The notes beneath the pieces were generated by a model. The model ran no database searches and had not been told where the DNA came from. It was given only the letters and a program-made list of their open reading frames with translations. Shown here in pieces: positions 25,726 to 37,958 of a stretch of DNA of 64,000 bases (the stretch's first letter is position 1; each line of letters begins with the position of its first letter). The DNA lies in assembly GCF_006345805.1 (NCBI RefSeq), contig NC_043006.1:61008001-61072000 (forward strand), given 5' to 3'. This DNA comes from Octopus sinensis. Taxonomy: Eukaryota. The position numbers were made by a program, and so were the translations under genes.

Positions 25726-26121
25726 GGTGCAGGCGTGGCTGTGTGGTAAGACGTTTGAGTCACAACCACATAATTCCGGCTTCAGTCCCACTGCCTGGCA
25801 CCTTCGGCAAGTGTCTTCTACTAGAGCCTCGGGTCGACCAAAACTTTGGAAGTGGGTTTGGTAGATGTAAACTGAAAGACGCTCGTCCTATACATATATG
25901 AATGTATATGTATGTACTTGTGTCTGTGTTTGTTCCCCACTATCGCATGACAACCGATGTTGGTCTGCTTACGTCCTCAGAACTTACAGTTCGGCAAACG
26001 AAACCGATAGAAGTACTAGGCTTACAATGAGTAAGTCTTAGATTCGATTTGTTCGACTAAAGGCGGCATTCCAGCATGGCTGCCGTCAAATGACTGTCAC
26101 AAGTAATAGAATAAAAGAATA
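25726..26121 (+). mobile_element. Second SINE family (tRNA head, CORE-like central domain)
   Basis: GGCGTGGCTGTGTGGTAAG head, GGCTTCAGTCCC B-box-like, GGCACCTTCGGCAAGTGTCTTCTAC CORE-like domain, and an (AATAG/AAAAG) tail. Confidence 0.8.
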
Positions 26122-26165
26122 TATGTGTTTGTGTGTGCGTGCGTACGTATATATATATATATATG

Positions 26166-26231
<66 letters not shown>

Positions 26232-27049
26232 ATGAACACACACAACATTTGGGAATTGGAAAGAAATATTTTAAGGAGCTTGTGCAATAGGAACGCATTG
26301 CAAAATGCTTCACTCTTTGATTTAGAATTTAAGCATCCATTCACACTTTCTATGCTAAAGCTAGCGAATGTATTATTAAAAATAAATAAGATGGCATTTA
26401 ATAATCGAATCTACACTGATTACTCATTGCTAATGTACAGAAATTCTTCCGCAGCCGGATCAAAGTTTATATTATATTTTTCAACAATTGCTGCCAACGT
26501 ATAACATAAAAAGCGGCATGTACACCTCTGCATTGCCAAATGTATATATTGATTAACCCTAACACTCATAATATCGATGAAGCCGTTGTATGAATCCACA
26601 AACTTCCAAATCAATGGATAGGAGTATATTATAGGAGATGAATAATATAGTATAATAGATTTAATTACAGAACAAATTTAGGAGAAAAAATTTAATATAC
26701 TGGAAGGAAAGAAATTTAATCTCTAGACCATAATTTCTTCCATATTATTTGATGGCAGGTATTGTGTGTGGGTTTCCTGAATGGAGAACATTGAGCGTTT
26801 ATGAAATTTATGGTTTATAGAAAATAAGATTATATAATTTATGTAAGGAATGTACAATGTTATGTGATAATAAATATGAGTTATGTTCATTTCCCTTTTA
26901 CTTGGTCCTCTTCGAAAATTTATTTACCATAAATTTATTTAGACAGATTTCATGTAACGAGAACAATAAGTAATATATAGAAAATTGTTTGGGGATACAT
27001 TGGTAAACGGAAAGCACGCACCACCTGTCTGAAATATTTATAAATATTT

Positions 27050-27101
<52 letters not shown>

Positions 27102-27140
27102 GTGTGTGTGTGTGTATGTATGTATATGCATATACACACG

Positions 27141-27299
27141 CAATTATAAACACGGAAAATAAATTTCTATACCAATATGCTGAAAAATAGACTTTAGCTC
27201 GCCTAACCACATACAATATTGTATGTGGTTAGACGATCTAAAGTCTATTTTTCAGCATATTGGCGTACAAAAGTTTATATTTTGCCGTTATTTATAATT
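27141..27299. mobile_element. Foldback/MITE-like palindrome (short member)
   Basis: The core 27172-27263 is a spacerless palindrome (46-bp arms, 2 mismatches, centre ACAAT|ATTGT). The arms extend imperfectly to 27141/27299 and are homologous to the ends of 55548-56175. Confidence 0.85.
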
Positions 27300-27391
27300 C
27301 TTTACATTTTCACGTTGAAAGGTATTTTTATATGCTAGCCACTGAATAAATTCTTTAAAAAAGTAGCCTTATATTAAGAAGTAAATATATA

Positions 27392-27450
<59 letters not shown>

Positions 27451-27587
27451 ATATATATTATATATATATATATATATACATATACAGTTGTTCCTAGTTC
27501 GCTTCTTGTCTTCATCTTCTTCCTTCCACCATCATTTCCAAGTTTCTTGTACGGTATCTAAAGATGGTATGTCTCTTACACGTAATT

Positions 27588-27703
27588 CAGTAGTACCTCG
27601 TTTTGCGAACGCCTCTGATTCACGAATAACTCGAGCTCTATATATGTATATAAAGCACTAACAAATCGTGATCGGAGTTGTTCGAAAACCGACGTGCTAC
27701 TGT
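27588..27703. mobile_element. Tigger/pogo-like MITE remnant
   Basis: CAGTAGTACCTCGTTTTGCGAAC at the left and GTTCGAAAACCGACGTGCTACTG|TA at the right (19/23 inverted match). CAGT..TACCTCG termini resemble Tigger/pogo TIRs. Confidence 0.6.
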
Positions 27704-27834
27704 ATTTTATAACTCTCCTTAATCTCATTTCAGCCCCGGCCTAATAGCATTGTGTATACTGGTTTTTGTATTTTGTGTGATTTATACAAACATAGATACC
27801 CACGCACATACATATATGCATAAACACACACCAC

Positions 27835-27875
<41 letters not shown>

Positions 27876-28382
27876 TCAAAGTGAATGTACACGGTGTATG
27901 ATCACTGACAGAAATAGCAGCTGGTAAGCTATAGGGGCGCTTGGATAGCAATATTAGTATTTTAAATAATATTTATATCTCTTGCATATCTTTCCCTGAT
28001 CTTGGGACGAATTTTAACTGGGGTTTTCAAGCGTGTAAACATGCAGAAATGTAGTGAATATTTTGAAATTGCGGTCGTTAACGGTACATTCAACTGAAGA
28101 GGGCCAATCGGATTCGTGCCTACGCACGTGACACAAAAAGTCTGAAACTTCGTTATTGAATTATCGTTCCTTGCTGTAACAGTATTCATAGAATTAAGAC
28201 ATAATTTTCTTATATTCACTCTTGCAAACAGCTCTGTCTGTGAACATTCAGTGAAGCCCTACATAACACCAATAACTTACCGGCTGCCATTTCTAGCAAT
28301 GACCGTACTTCGTGTACATTCGATTTGTATTTATAATTCTTTGTTTTATGGTGCTTTATCACTTGTATACACACATACACCC

Positions 28383-28446
<64 letters not shown>

Positions 28447-29214
28447 ACGAGAGAGAAAGTGAGGGAGTATTAAAGAAGGTATTCTATCGGATATCTCACA
28501 AATTGGTAGAGATGTCGGCTATCTATGACTCTCCATTACGTAGGTTTGAGTTATATATGCTGTAGATAACATTTCAATAAAAATAGTTTACGATGTGAAT
28601 AAATCTCCACTCTCCTTTACGTTATGAATTATATATATGTATGTATGTATGTAAGTATGTATAAGCACATATTCACACGCACAGAATAACATACAGTTAC
28701 TCTACAAACACAACCTCACGCGTACACACATACCCACACGTACACATATACACACACGCACACATATACCCACACGTACACACACATACGTAGATACACG
28801 TACTGCAAACAAAACACACACACACACACTACATATACATACTCCCACACACACATACTTCAAACTACCAGTAGCTTTCTACTGACCATTCTTCTACGCA
28901 CATGTGTAGGTAGACACACAACAGACAACTATTCCTACCAAAATTCTTACTATAAATTCTTCCTATGAACCACACACATACATAAACAGCTACAACCACA
29001 CACACACACGCACATACACGTGCTATCATTACACACACACACACAACTGCGCGCACGCATATACCCACACATACTTCGTTCTCTTGCACTCTCCTGTCTT
29101 TGAAAGAATCTTTTCTTCACCCATTCCCTTCCGGTCATTTCAATATGTGACCGCTTGTGTATCGTTGGCGATTTTCTTTCTCCGTCTTCCCTTCTTTGGA
29201 CTTTTTCTATATTT

Positions 29215-29242
29215 CTTATGAAGAGCTCCGCTCGAAACATGA
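29215..29242 (+). ncRNA. Degenerate hammerhead remnant
   Basis: CTTATGA-A-GAG ctccg CTC-GAAA-CATG. The core has G5 to T and stem III is broken; probably an inactive relic of a pLTR. Confidence 0.35.
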
Positions 29243-29587
29243 GATCCTCTTTCTTCTCTTTCCTTATATATATGTATGTATATTGTCCTTTCAATATCTT
29301 AATACTGGTGAGGCCGATATTGAGTGCAACCAGTGAATCAGTTTGTTGGAGCTTGCATCCACGTATATCAACCTCCAGCAATTCAAGGGTAGGTCATTGT
29401 TTTTATCACATCTGTTTTCTCCTCTATGTGTGTTTGACCCAGGACTCGTTATTATTATATTCACACCCAAACTTCGTACAGCCGAGTATATTAACACTGC
29501 ATTGACTTTATGCAATGCATAATGTCATTGTTTGTCATTAAATCAACAAGATAAGTATAAAAACACACAGACATATATAGTTGTGTT

Positions 29588-29620
<33 letters not shown>

Positions 29621-30794
29621 TGATCACCGAACCGGGCGGTGCGTTTTGTTCGTGATCAAATTTTTTCATTTCGCTTTTGAAAGGTAAAACAATGCGAAGA
29701 ACAATTTGACCAGTGATGTATAACAACTTCCGATAGTTTGGTCGATACGCTGATATCACGATATTGATATACATACTAAGATGTCTACGTACATATGTAT
29801 GAGTGTGCATCTGCGTTTGAGTTTGTATGAGGCAATGTTTAATCAAAGACTGTAATTTGGTTATTGAATGGATATAGAACGATATTAATGCAACAGATAT
29901 TAGATTAAACAATTAGTGGCATCAATATAATGAAATAAGTCTCTTATGAGCTGCCCCACAATCAAGACCATGTTTTGTAAAAAAAGTAAAAGAGGGTAAG
30001 TATATAACTATGTGACTTACTTCAAATTCAGTTCATATTGTTGCTTCCAATTTAAGACATTATGTATGCATAACTTAATAATAAACATTTGATTCCGTGT
30101 ACTTTAGTGATTTCATCAAGGATTAGGATATATTAGTTTGTATAAACATATTGTAACTTATCACCACTGTGAACATACATCCGGTGACATATGGTAGCAC
30201 AAATACATAATACATAAATATGAAATTTTCGCTGATTTAATAATTATGATTAACTTTGTGCACACTGATGTTGTACCTTGATCTGCTAATGGAATTATTG
30301 TTAATTGTTTTTCTACCTTTGTTTCTAACGTCTATATTATTGAATATGAGATACTGAGGTGTGGCAGACATCGTATTTATTCCGTTTGACATATAAATGA
30401 TGTGGTTCTTCTTTATTGTATAAATCAATTTACTTTTCAGTAGTGTGGGTGTATAGAAGTCATGTTCAGTTTGGTAATAATACCATTAAATGGTGTGGTA
30501 TATCTCAAAGTTCTTGATATTTTTCTATAAGTTCCAAAATGTTCTTTGTCTGTAAAGTTAATTTCATTTTCAATCCCCATTGAGCCGTCAAAAGTAGAAG
30601 TACACAATGTAACGAATCAACTGACAAAGTTTGATATAACAGGAAATGTTTTTGGACGCTGATATGAATAACAACACTTCGCCACTGTAATTCCTATGAA
30701 AACGCTATAATTCCTCTAGATGTGTCCATTCAAAAATAATATGATACAGTAACTTCCTAAAACTTGTTCGTTGGGCATAGCATAGTCTTTACTT

Positions 30795-30875
30795 TCTGAG
30801 ATCAAATTCCGCCAACATCGACTTTGCCTTTCGTTCTTCGAAGTCGATAAAATAAGTTCCAGTAGATTACTCAGG
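30795..30875 (+). mobile_element. SINE core fragment
   Basis: TCAAATTCCGCCAACATCGACTTTGCCTTTCGTTCTTCGAAGTCGATAAAATAAGTTCCAG matches the core of the 2088-2320 family. Confidence 0.7.
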
Positions 30876-31626
30876 TCGCTGTAATGACTTCATCAAGGTG
30901 TGGAACAAGTATTTCTACGTCGATATGCTTCATCAAGGTTCGAACGATGATTCTAACTTTCATAGGTCACAAAGAACTACCGTTCTTATACATAAACAAT
31001 AAAAATTGAGATATATAATATATATATATATATAATATATATATATATAATATATATATAATATATATATATATATAAGATAATATATAAATATATGCAT
31101 ATATACATACATATATGTACATATATATATACATGTATGTTTGGGTACAGAACATTAAAAAAAACGTTGAACACAATGAGAAACGAAAACATAAAAACAA
31201 AAACATAGAAAACGATCGTTTTTCGAACGACGAAAAAAACAAACAGAGTAACGAGACATGCAACATAAAAAATATTTCCGTTCAACAGTTGTTTCTGTTT
31301 CATCTACTCCGCGTTCGAAGGGAAGGACAATACGTGACTTCATTGAAACAGTCGTTCCCGCACAACAAATTAAATTAAATTTGGGATATCTTGCGCAGGG
31401 TGAAAGTGGTAACAAGAACAGGTCAGTGAGAACAAGACAGTAAAAACAAACGTTGAGGGCTGTTAAGCCAAGACGATAGAATAATTATTATGAACGCTTG
31501 GAAGACGAGCTTATGAGAGAATAGAGGTATAGAGGTATCAGTAAGTGTTACTTTATAAAGGAAATGGGCAGAAAGATAGATCCCCTTTCGTCACGTGTCA
31601 GCGAGGAAGAATAGGGAACAAGTATA

Positions 31627-31673
<47 letters not shown>

Positions 31674-32249
31674 TATGTATGTTTGCTTGCCTGTATGTAT
31701 GTTCAAAAGGGAGATGAGCGAAAAAGACTTCTCTGAGCTCTAATGATACGTTAGTACATAGTCATGCTCAGCTAAATGACATGTATTTATTTACTGCAAA
31801 ATATATGTGCAAGACACATTCGGTCAGAGATTGTAGCCTCTTTATAATTTCACTGGCTGAATATTCATTTTCTCTATGATCTTATTTCAATACATGTGAC
31901 GTAGTTATTTATGATAATTTTCCAACATTCTTTAATATACATTGTTAACCAATATTTGGACAATTCACATCATTTTTTTTTCTAGTTGCACACGGATTAC
32001 AGCAACTTGAATTTTGGAGAAATATAATGTTACAAATAAATGAAGAAATATATGTGAGACATCAATAGTCTACTCCTTACACTAGCTTATGTTGATAGCT
32101 TGTTTAGCTCCATCCGGGAATATTACAATAACATATTATTGTACAGCTAGTTTATTGATATCTCTTATGTTATTTTCCATTTAGTCTATTTCATTTCTTT
32201 TTCGAATTTCGTCTTTCTGTTATTCTTGTTGGTATTATGCATCTTTCAA

Positions 32250-32486
32250 TACTTCTTCTTATTCTTCTTATTCTCCTCCTCCTCATCATCATCATCATCA
32301 GCATTATTATTATCATCATCATCATCATCATCATTATTATTACCATTATTATTATCATCATTATTATTATCATTGTTATTATCATTATTATCATCATTAT
32401 CATTATTATCATCATTATCATTATCATCATTATTATCATCATTATCATCATTATTATCATCATTATCATCATTATCAGCATTATTA
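32250..32486. repeat. (ATC/ATT)n trinucleotide microsatellite
   Basis: Directly visible; source of the poly-I/M/S/L ORFs in the track. Confidence 0.95.
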
Positions 32487-32487
32487 A

Positions 32488-32700
32488 GGTGGTGAACTAG
32501 CAGAATTGTTAGTACGCCAGGCGAAATGCTTAGCGATATTTCGTCTGACGCTACGTTCTGAGTTCAATTTCCGCCGAGGTCAACTTTGCGTTTCATCCTT
32601 TCGGGGCCAATAAATTAAGTACCAGTTGAGTACTGGAGTCGATATAATCGACTTACCACTTCTCCACGTTTCAGACCTTGTACCAATATTAGAAATGGTT
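32488..32700 (+). mobile_element. tRNA-derived SINE with alternative tail and (ATT)n end
   Basis: GGTGGTGAACTAGCAGAATTG head and the same core as 2088-2320. The tail ...GACCTTGTACCAATATTAGAAA is followed by (ATT)n. Confidence 0.85.
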
Positions 32701-32743
32701 ATTATTATTATTATTATTATTATCATTATTATTATTATTATGT

Positions 32744-33226
32744 TTGAGAGAGCAGTATATGTCATCAAAATGACACTGGAGTAAAATATACGAAGCCCAG
32801 TATACCTATCATGACTACCCGTCTTATAAGTGTACACCAGACACATGCATCACAACCATATGTGCGCAACGTGGTGATCGCATATCAAGATAAACAGATC
32901 ATGACCTTGCAGTTGGGGCCCATTTAAAATTTTGTTCAGGTCGAGTAGCCTATTCCGCTCAAAAGTTCTCTGAATAATGTTTGTTTAAGGATGTTGAACA
33001 AAACACCCATGTTTCCATAAGTGAATTCATCCAAGTCCCGAAGAATTCCTTTCAACACATGGCTATGATACTTCCTCACTACCTCTGCCCGTAATTAGAC
33101 ATGCACATATCGTCTGCAACTAAGGGAGATGCTCAACCGGTTAAGGTCAAACTATTGACAAGCAAATCTGTGGTATTGATCAGATTCCATGAGAGCCACT
33201 GTCAATTACTGCATCAGGGAGTGTTT
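32744..33226. repeat. Unclassified interspersed repeat candidate
   Basis: A ~480-bp GC-richer block flanked on both sides by (ATT)n runs. It resembles recalled cephalopod repeats; class not determined. Confidence 0.3.
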
Positions 33227-33230
33227 TATG

Positions 33231-33293
<63 letters not shown>

Positions 33294-34082
33294 GTTATTA
33301 TTATTATTATTATTATTTCTATGAGCGTTGTATAAAATTTTTTTCTTGTTTATCCGCATGATTTCATTGAAGACGATTCAGTATCAACAATAATTCCTTC
33401 GAATATTACCTTATTTATTAATTCTCATTCCAGTAATAATTCGCAATATTATTTTCTTTTCTTACTTGCGTAACTGAATTTAGATTTAAAATTGGATGCC
33501 GATAATATAGCTTATATAATTAAAATATAATAGAGAATATGCTTTATATCAGCGTTAAGTTGTGATATGCTATTTATTGTTGATTAATAAAAAATTTCAA
33601 GTAGAAAATAATTTCATTATATGTTGTATCAGTATAGAAAATATATTTGTGGTTGTGACTGAAGTAATAATTGGATGTACCTATAGATTTCGAAGGGTTT
33701 AGGGCACCAGTGAAATCAACAAAAGGATGGAAAGAATATCAAGTGTCGAAGTTTCTGCTTAGTCAGTTCAGGCCTAAGAGAGGCTACACAAGGAGAGTGA
33801 TGAAAGCTGTGAAGAGGGAGTGCAGTTTTCGCAAATGGAGGGTATTGAACTTAAACTAGATCTATGAAAACTGATGCAATCTTAGTAGCTGTATAATGCT
33901 GGAATATGCAGACGGGCACCTGTCTTCCAGATATAGTAGTACCTTGGCGTTTATGTTAAAGTTTGTCACTCAGGTGATCTTTCGTTCGAGGTTCCGAAAT
34001 ATGGGTATGCTTGTACAAGAATTGATGTCTTTGTATTTAAAAGAGTAAATATCCAAACATGAGTTACGCTTGGGATTAATAT

Positions 34083-34170
34083 CTCGTATATACTCATGTA
34101 AAAGTCGAATTTTCGAAACCATTTTTGAAGGTCAAATTTATGGGGTCGATTACTACATGGATACTATTTT
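34083..34170 (+). mobile_element. pogo/Tc2-like terminal fragment
   Basis: CGTATATACTCATGTAAAAGTCGA...GGGGTCGATTACTACATGG resembles pogo-type CCGTATATACTCGxGTATAAGTCGA termini. Confidence 0.35.
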
Positions 34171-34556
34171 GAGTCTGTATTAGCCAAAAAAAAAAAAGAC
34201 TTTCTAGTCTTTCTAGCTCTTTTTTGACGTGGTCTAACGCCGCAAATGGCACGTTCCATTTAGGCCTAGAAACAAGTGTTCTTTTTTCTTTTATCGCGAT
34301 CCTCGCTTTTATTTTTAGTGAAACAGCCTAGCCTAATCCTTCCAAAAAATCATTTGAAACAATTAAAAAAAAACTGTTTCAGTTGTTCGATTTCATTCGA
34401 ACTTTTGACTGTGCCTACCACATTTTCACAGAGAACACTAATGGGAGTATCCCACATTTTAAATAATTGTAAATAACGTGTATTCTGTGTCAAATAGGTT
34501 CCGCGATTTTTTAAAAATACATTAATGATTGTTACATTGCAAAAACATTCGCCGAT

Positions 34557-35287
34557 CCCCACCAAGGGAAAAGGAAATCGTTGCGGAATCCCCAAGGGAG
34601 GAAGAAAATAAAGAAGAAGGGATCCAGACAGAGAAGGAAATACAGAAGAAGAGGAGATCCAGCAGGAGTGGGAAGAAGGAAGGAAAAAAAGAAAGAGAAG
34701 AAGGAGAAAGGCGAACAACACGGTAAACCAATCCATCCCAACACCACCCACACCCTCTGAGCCCCACCCTATCCCTACAGACAGTGAACCCACCCGCTCC
34801 CCTCCAACAAGAAAACAAAAAAGTAATACACACAGACAAGAGACTGAAACCGAATCCGGGCGCTTTGTTCTGTGTAAGTTAAAAAAAGAAAGAGAGGACA
34901 TAAAAGACATATTAGAGGGTTATCCAGGGTATGAAAAGGGGGACTGGAAATATGCAATGGTGAAGAAGGAAGAAATGGATGAACTGTTAGTGTGGTGCGA
35001 AAATAGAAATGTGAAAGTGGAGGAGTGGGTAGTTGGGGATAAGATAAAGAATGTGTTTAAAAACAGATATGAGATGGACTTGGAGAATATGTTTATTGAA
35101 ATTGGGGAGAACAATGGATGATAGGGTACGAAGGACAGGTAAGTGATGCTAGCGGATGGGGCTGTTAGCATTACTTTCATAATATCATTTTCAAACTTCA
35201 TTTTTCATTCTTTGTAATTGTGATGTTCTATGTCCCCAATGTTTGTAGTGTCCCCTCTGTGTAGCCCCTCGTGGGTAATAAAGAAAT
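34557..35287 (+). mobile_element. 5'-truncated retroposed element with RT-less ORF and SINE-shared 3' tail, 17-bp TSD
   Basis: TSD CAAAAACATTCGCCGAT at 34540-34556 and 35288-35304. Open frame 34612-35121 (acidic/basic/Pro-rich, then GRFVLCKLKKE...WKYAMV...ENNG*). The 3' end TGTGTAGCCCCTCGTGGGTAATAAAGAAAT is nearly identical to the tail of SINE 2088-2320. Confidence 0.85.
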
Positions 35288-36424
35288 CAAAAACATTCGC
35301 CGATAAAATGTTATTCCTTCCCTATAAGACACTATGCTACTTCATTTGATTTAAATAATTTCGATTTACTGATTTGTCACTATGTTTCTTCATTTATGAT
35401 AGTGAATTCACTACCATGTCTAATTGCATTTTGACACTAGTGGGTTCGATTCTCACCTCCATGAATTTTCTGTTCGTTGTACAAACTTCCTTCTCTAATG
35501 TCAAACTATTAATTTTTTCTCGGTTGTTCCTGTTTTTCAGCATCTAGGTTCTACAGTGCGATTTAATGTGTCCTGCATTCTCACAACGTGAACACTTTAG
35601 TTTTTGAACACACACTCTATTCTCAGACGCCTACCACCACATGCCATACGTAAGTTTATCTTCTAGTGTATGTCGTGTTTTTTTTTGTGAAAAATTTTAT
35701 CCGTCATCCGACTATTCGACAGTGATTTAGAGAGCCATGACTGAAGAATCATTGATATGAATGCAAATCAGGCCTGCTTCTGGTAGCTTTAAATATATTA
35801 CTGCTTCTCGATGTTCGTTGTATTGTTCTTATTAGTTTAATGCAAAGTATTTCTAAACTCATATCAGATTGAACGTTCTTTAGAAAAGAAAGGAAACCAA
35901 ATCTGATTAGCTATATGCCTAATATAGATGAGATCTGAGTTATATTTATCACTGTATTCAAATTTAAAATAAGTTGTTTCTTCAGAAGCATGCATAAAAT
36001 CTTTCTTTGTATCAAATATATTAGCACTAATAGAAACGTATTAAGTCATTTACCTGGTTTTTTTACGTGACATGTATCTCATTGATGAGTTCCACTCTGG
36101 GGCTTGAAAAATCGTTTCATATTTATTAGTAATATTTTTCATGTCTTTCATTCATTTGGTTGTTCTTTCTTTATAACATGTTTTATCGTTTACCTATCGA
36201 TCGACTTCAGTAACATCGATACCGTCACAGACTTCTAAATACTATTTGTGGCATACATGCCGATCTATCTCTGTCTCTGTCTCATTCTCTCTCACAGACA
36301 CAGAAACACATTATGTATGCGTGTGTGTATAAACATAAATACGTATTTACGTATATACGTATGTATGTTGTGTATATATATATATATATATATAATATAT
36401 ATATAATATATAATATATATATCA

Positions 36425-36485
<61 letters not shown>

Positions 36486-36516
36486 AAGTAGATATATACA
36501 CTTATATATGCTTATA

Positions 36517-36572
<56 letters not shown>

Positions 36573-37109
36573 CATTAAGTGCGTGTGTGCGCGCGTGCTT
36601 GTATCAGTTAATGAATTCTTTGCAATCTGAATCCAAAATAAATCTGGGAACATGGTAGGAATGAAAATGAAAGGAAATCTTTTTGTGATATAAATGTAAT
36701 TTTCGTACGGAAAATGCAAAATGAACACATTTCGGTCACTGATGTTTTGTTAGCATAGATAAGATGGCAACAGAGGAAAACAAATAGAAAACTTATGCTG
36801 TTATATTATTTATACTTATACTGTATGTATTTGGTCGTTATGTGTGCATACATGTTCGTGGCTTCTAAAAAGTTAACTGTGGAAAAACCTGTTCCTTATA
36901 AAATTCAAGAATGGCACCGGAATTACGTTGACTAACAGATGTGTCGGCCTCCTAGTATGTGCGTGCGTGCGATTCTATGTGCACTTTCTTTTATGATATT
37001 ACCTCTCAGTAATTAACAATTTCAGTTCGTCTAAAAATTAATAATTCTTGTATTTATAAAATCATTGACATTGACGCATAAGTCGTTTCCATAATGACGC
37101 CAACCGATT

Positions 37110-37442
37110 TCAATGCGCGAATTTTATAAACTGGCATTTCATGTCATTCAAAAGTGTTTCATTATGAATGAGTCTTGATTTGAAGAATAAGCAGGTCATA
37201 GTGCTGCGTGGAGCAAACACTGATAAGTCTATAATTCGATATACAATTGCCGTACAATTTGGAATGTTACTTCTTATTTGCTTATAATCTACATTATGAA
37301 GAACTATCAATAGAAGCTTATTACATACAGACAATAGGATGTGGATTGTGGAGTGCATAAGCTCTAATTTATCAAGTAGTTCCAGTTTCCGATTGAAATC
37401 GCCCACAATGATACATTGCATCAAAGTAAAAATCTGTAACAA
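37110..37442 (-). pseudogene. Degenerate LINE apurinic-endonuclease-like fragment
   Basis: CIIVGDFN motif followed by YKQ..NIP.....RIIDLSV, resembling APE motifs of CR1/L2-like LINEs. Confidence 0.4.
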
Positions 37443-37618
37443 ATTATTTAAGGAAATTCTGGAACTAGCTATTTGGTAAGTTGTTCAAATGCATATTAAT
37501 TTCGCACACAAATCATGTTAGGGTGGATATTTAGAAATGAGATTGGCGAATGCACTGGATGTATTATACGTCTTGGCTTTTGAAAAGAAAACAATTATTG
37601 AAATAGCATGTTTAAGAC

Positions 37619-37661
<43 letters not shown>

Positions 37662-37920
37662 ATCTATGTCTCTCTGTCGATATAATCTCTCTCCCCATCT
37701 CTCTGTTTCTCTCTCTCTCTCGTTCTGCTACTGGAGATCTAAAATGCTTTCGTAATTAAACCATTTGTCCTGACAAGCTTTTCAAATATAAAATACAAAT
37801 ATCCTAGCTTATGCTACGCGATGAATATAATGCAATTTTAAAATTTCTTTTTAAGAATTGTGTATTTTTCTATGTTTTAAGCATATTCTGATTTCCTTGT
37901 TTAGTATTCAAATACGCGCG

Positions 37921-37958
<38 letters not shown>

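Noticed and set aside
28089-28160. Hammerhead-like pattern TTCAA-CTGAAGA...GAAA-CTTCGTTA-TTGAA
   Set aside because: The stem III / cleavage register is off by one and stem II is only 4 bp with two G.U pairs; compatible with chance.
33700-34075. Possible PLE/LINE N-terminal coding relic on the minus strand
   Set aside because: Many stops and only vague resemblance (FRNLERK...); not diagnostic.
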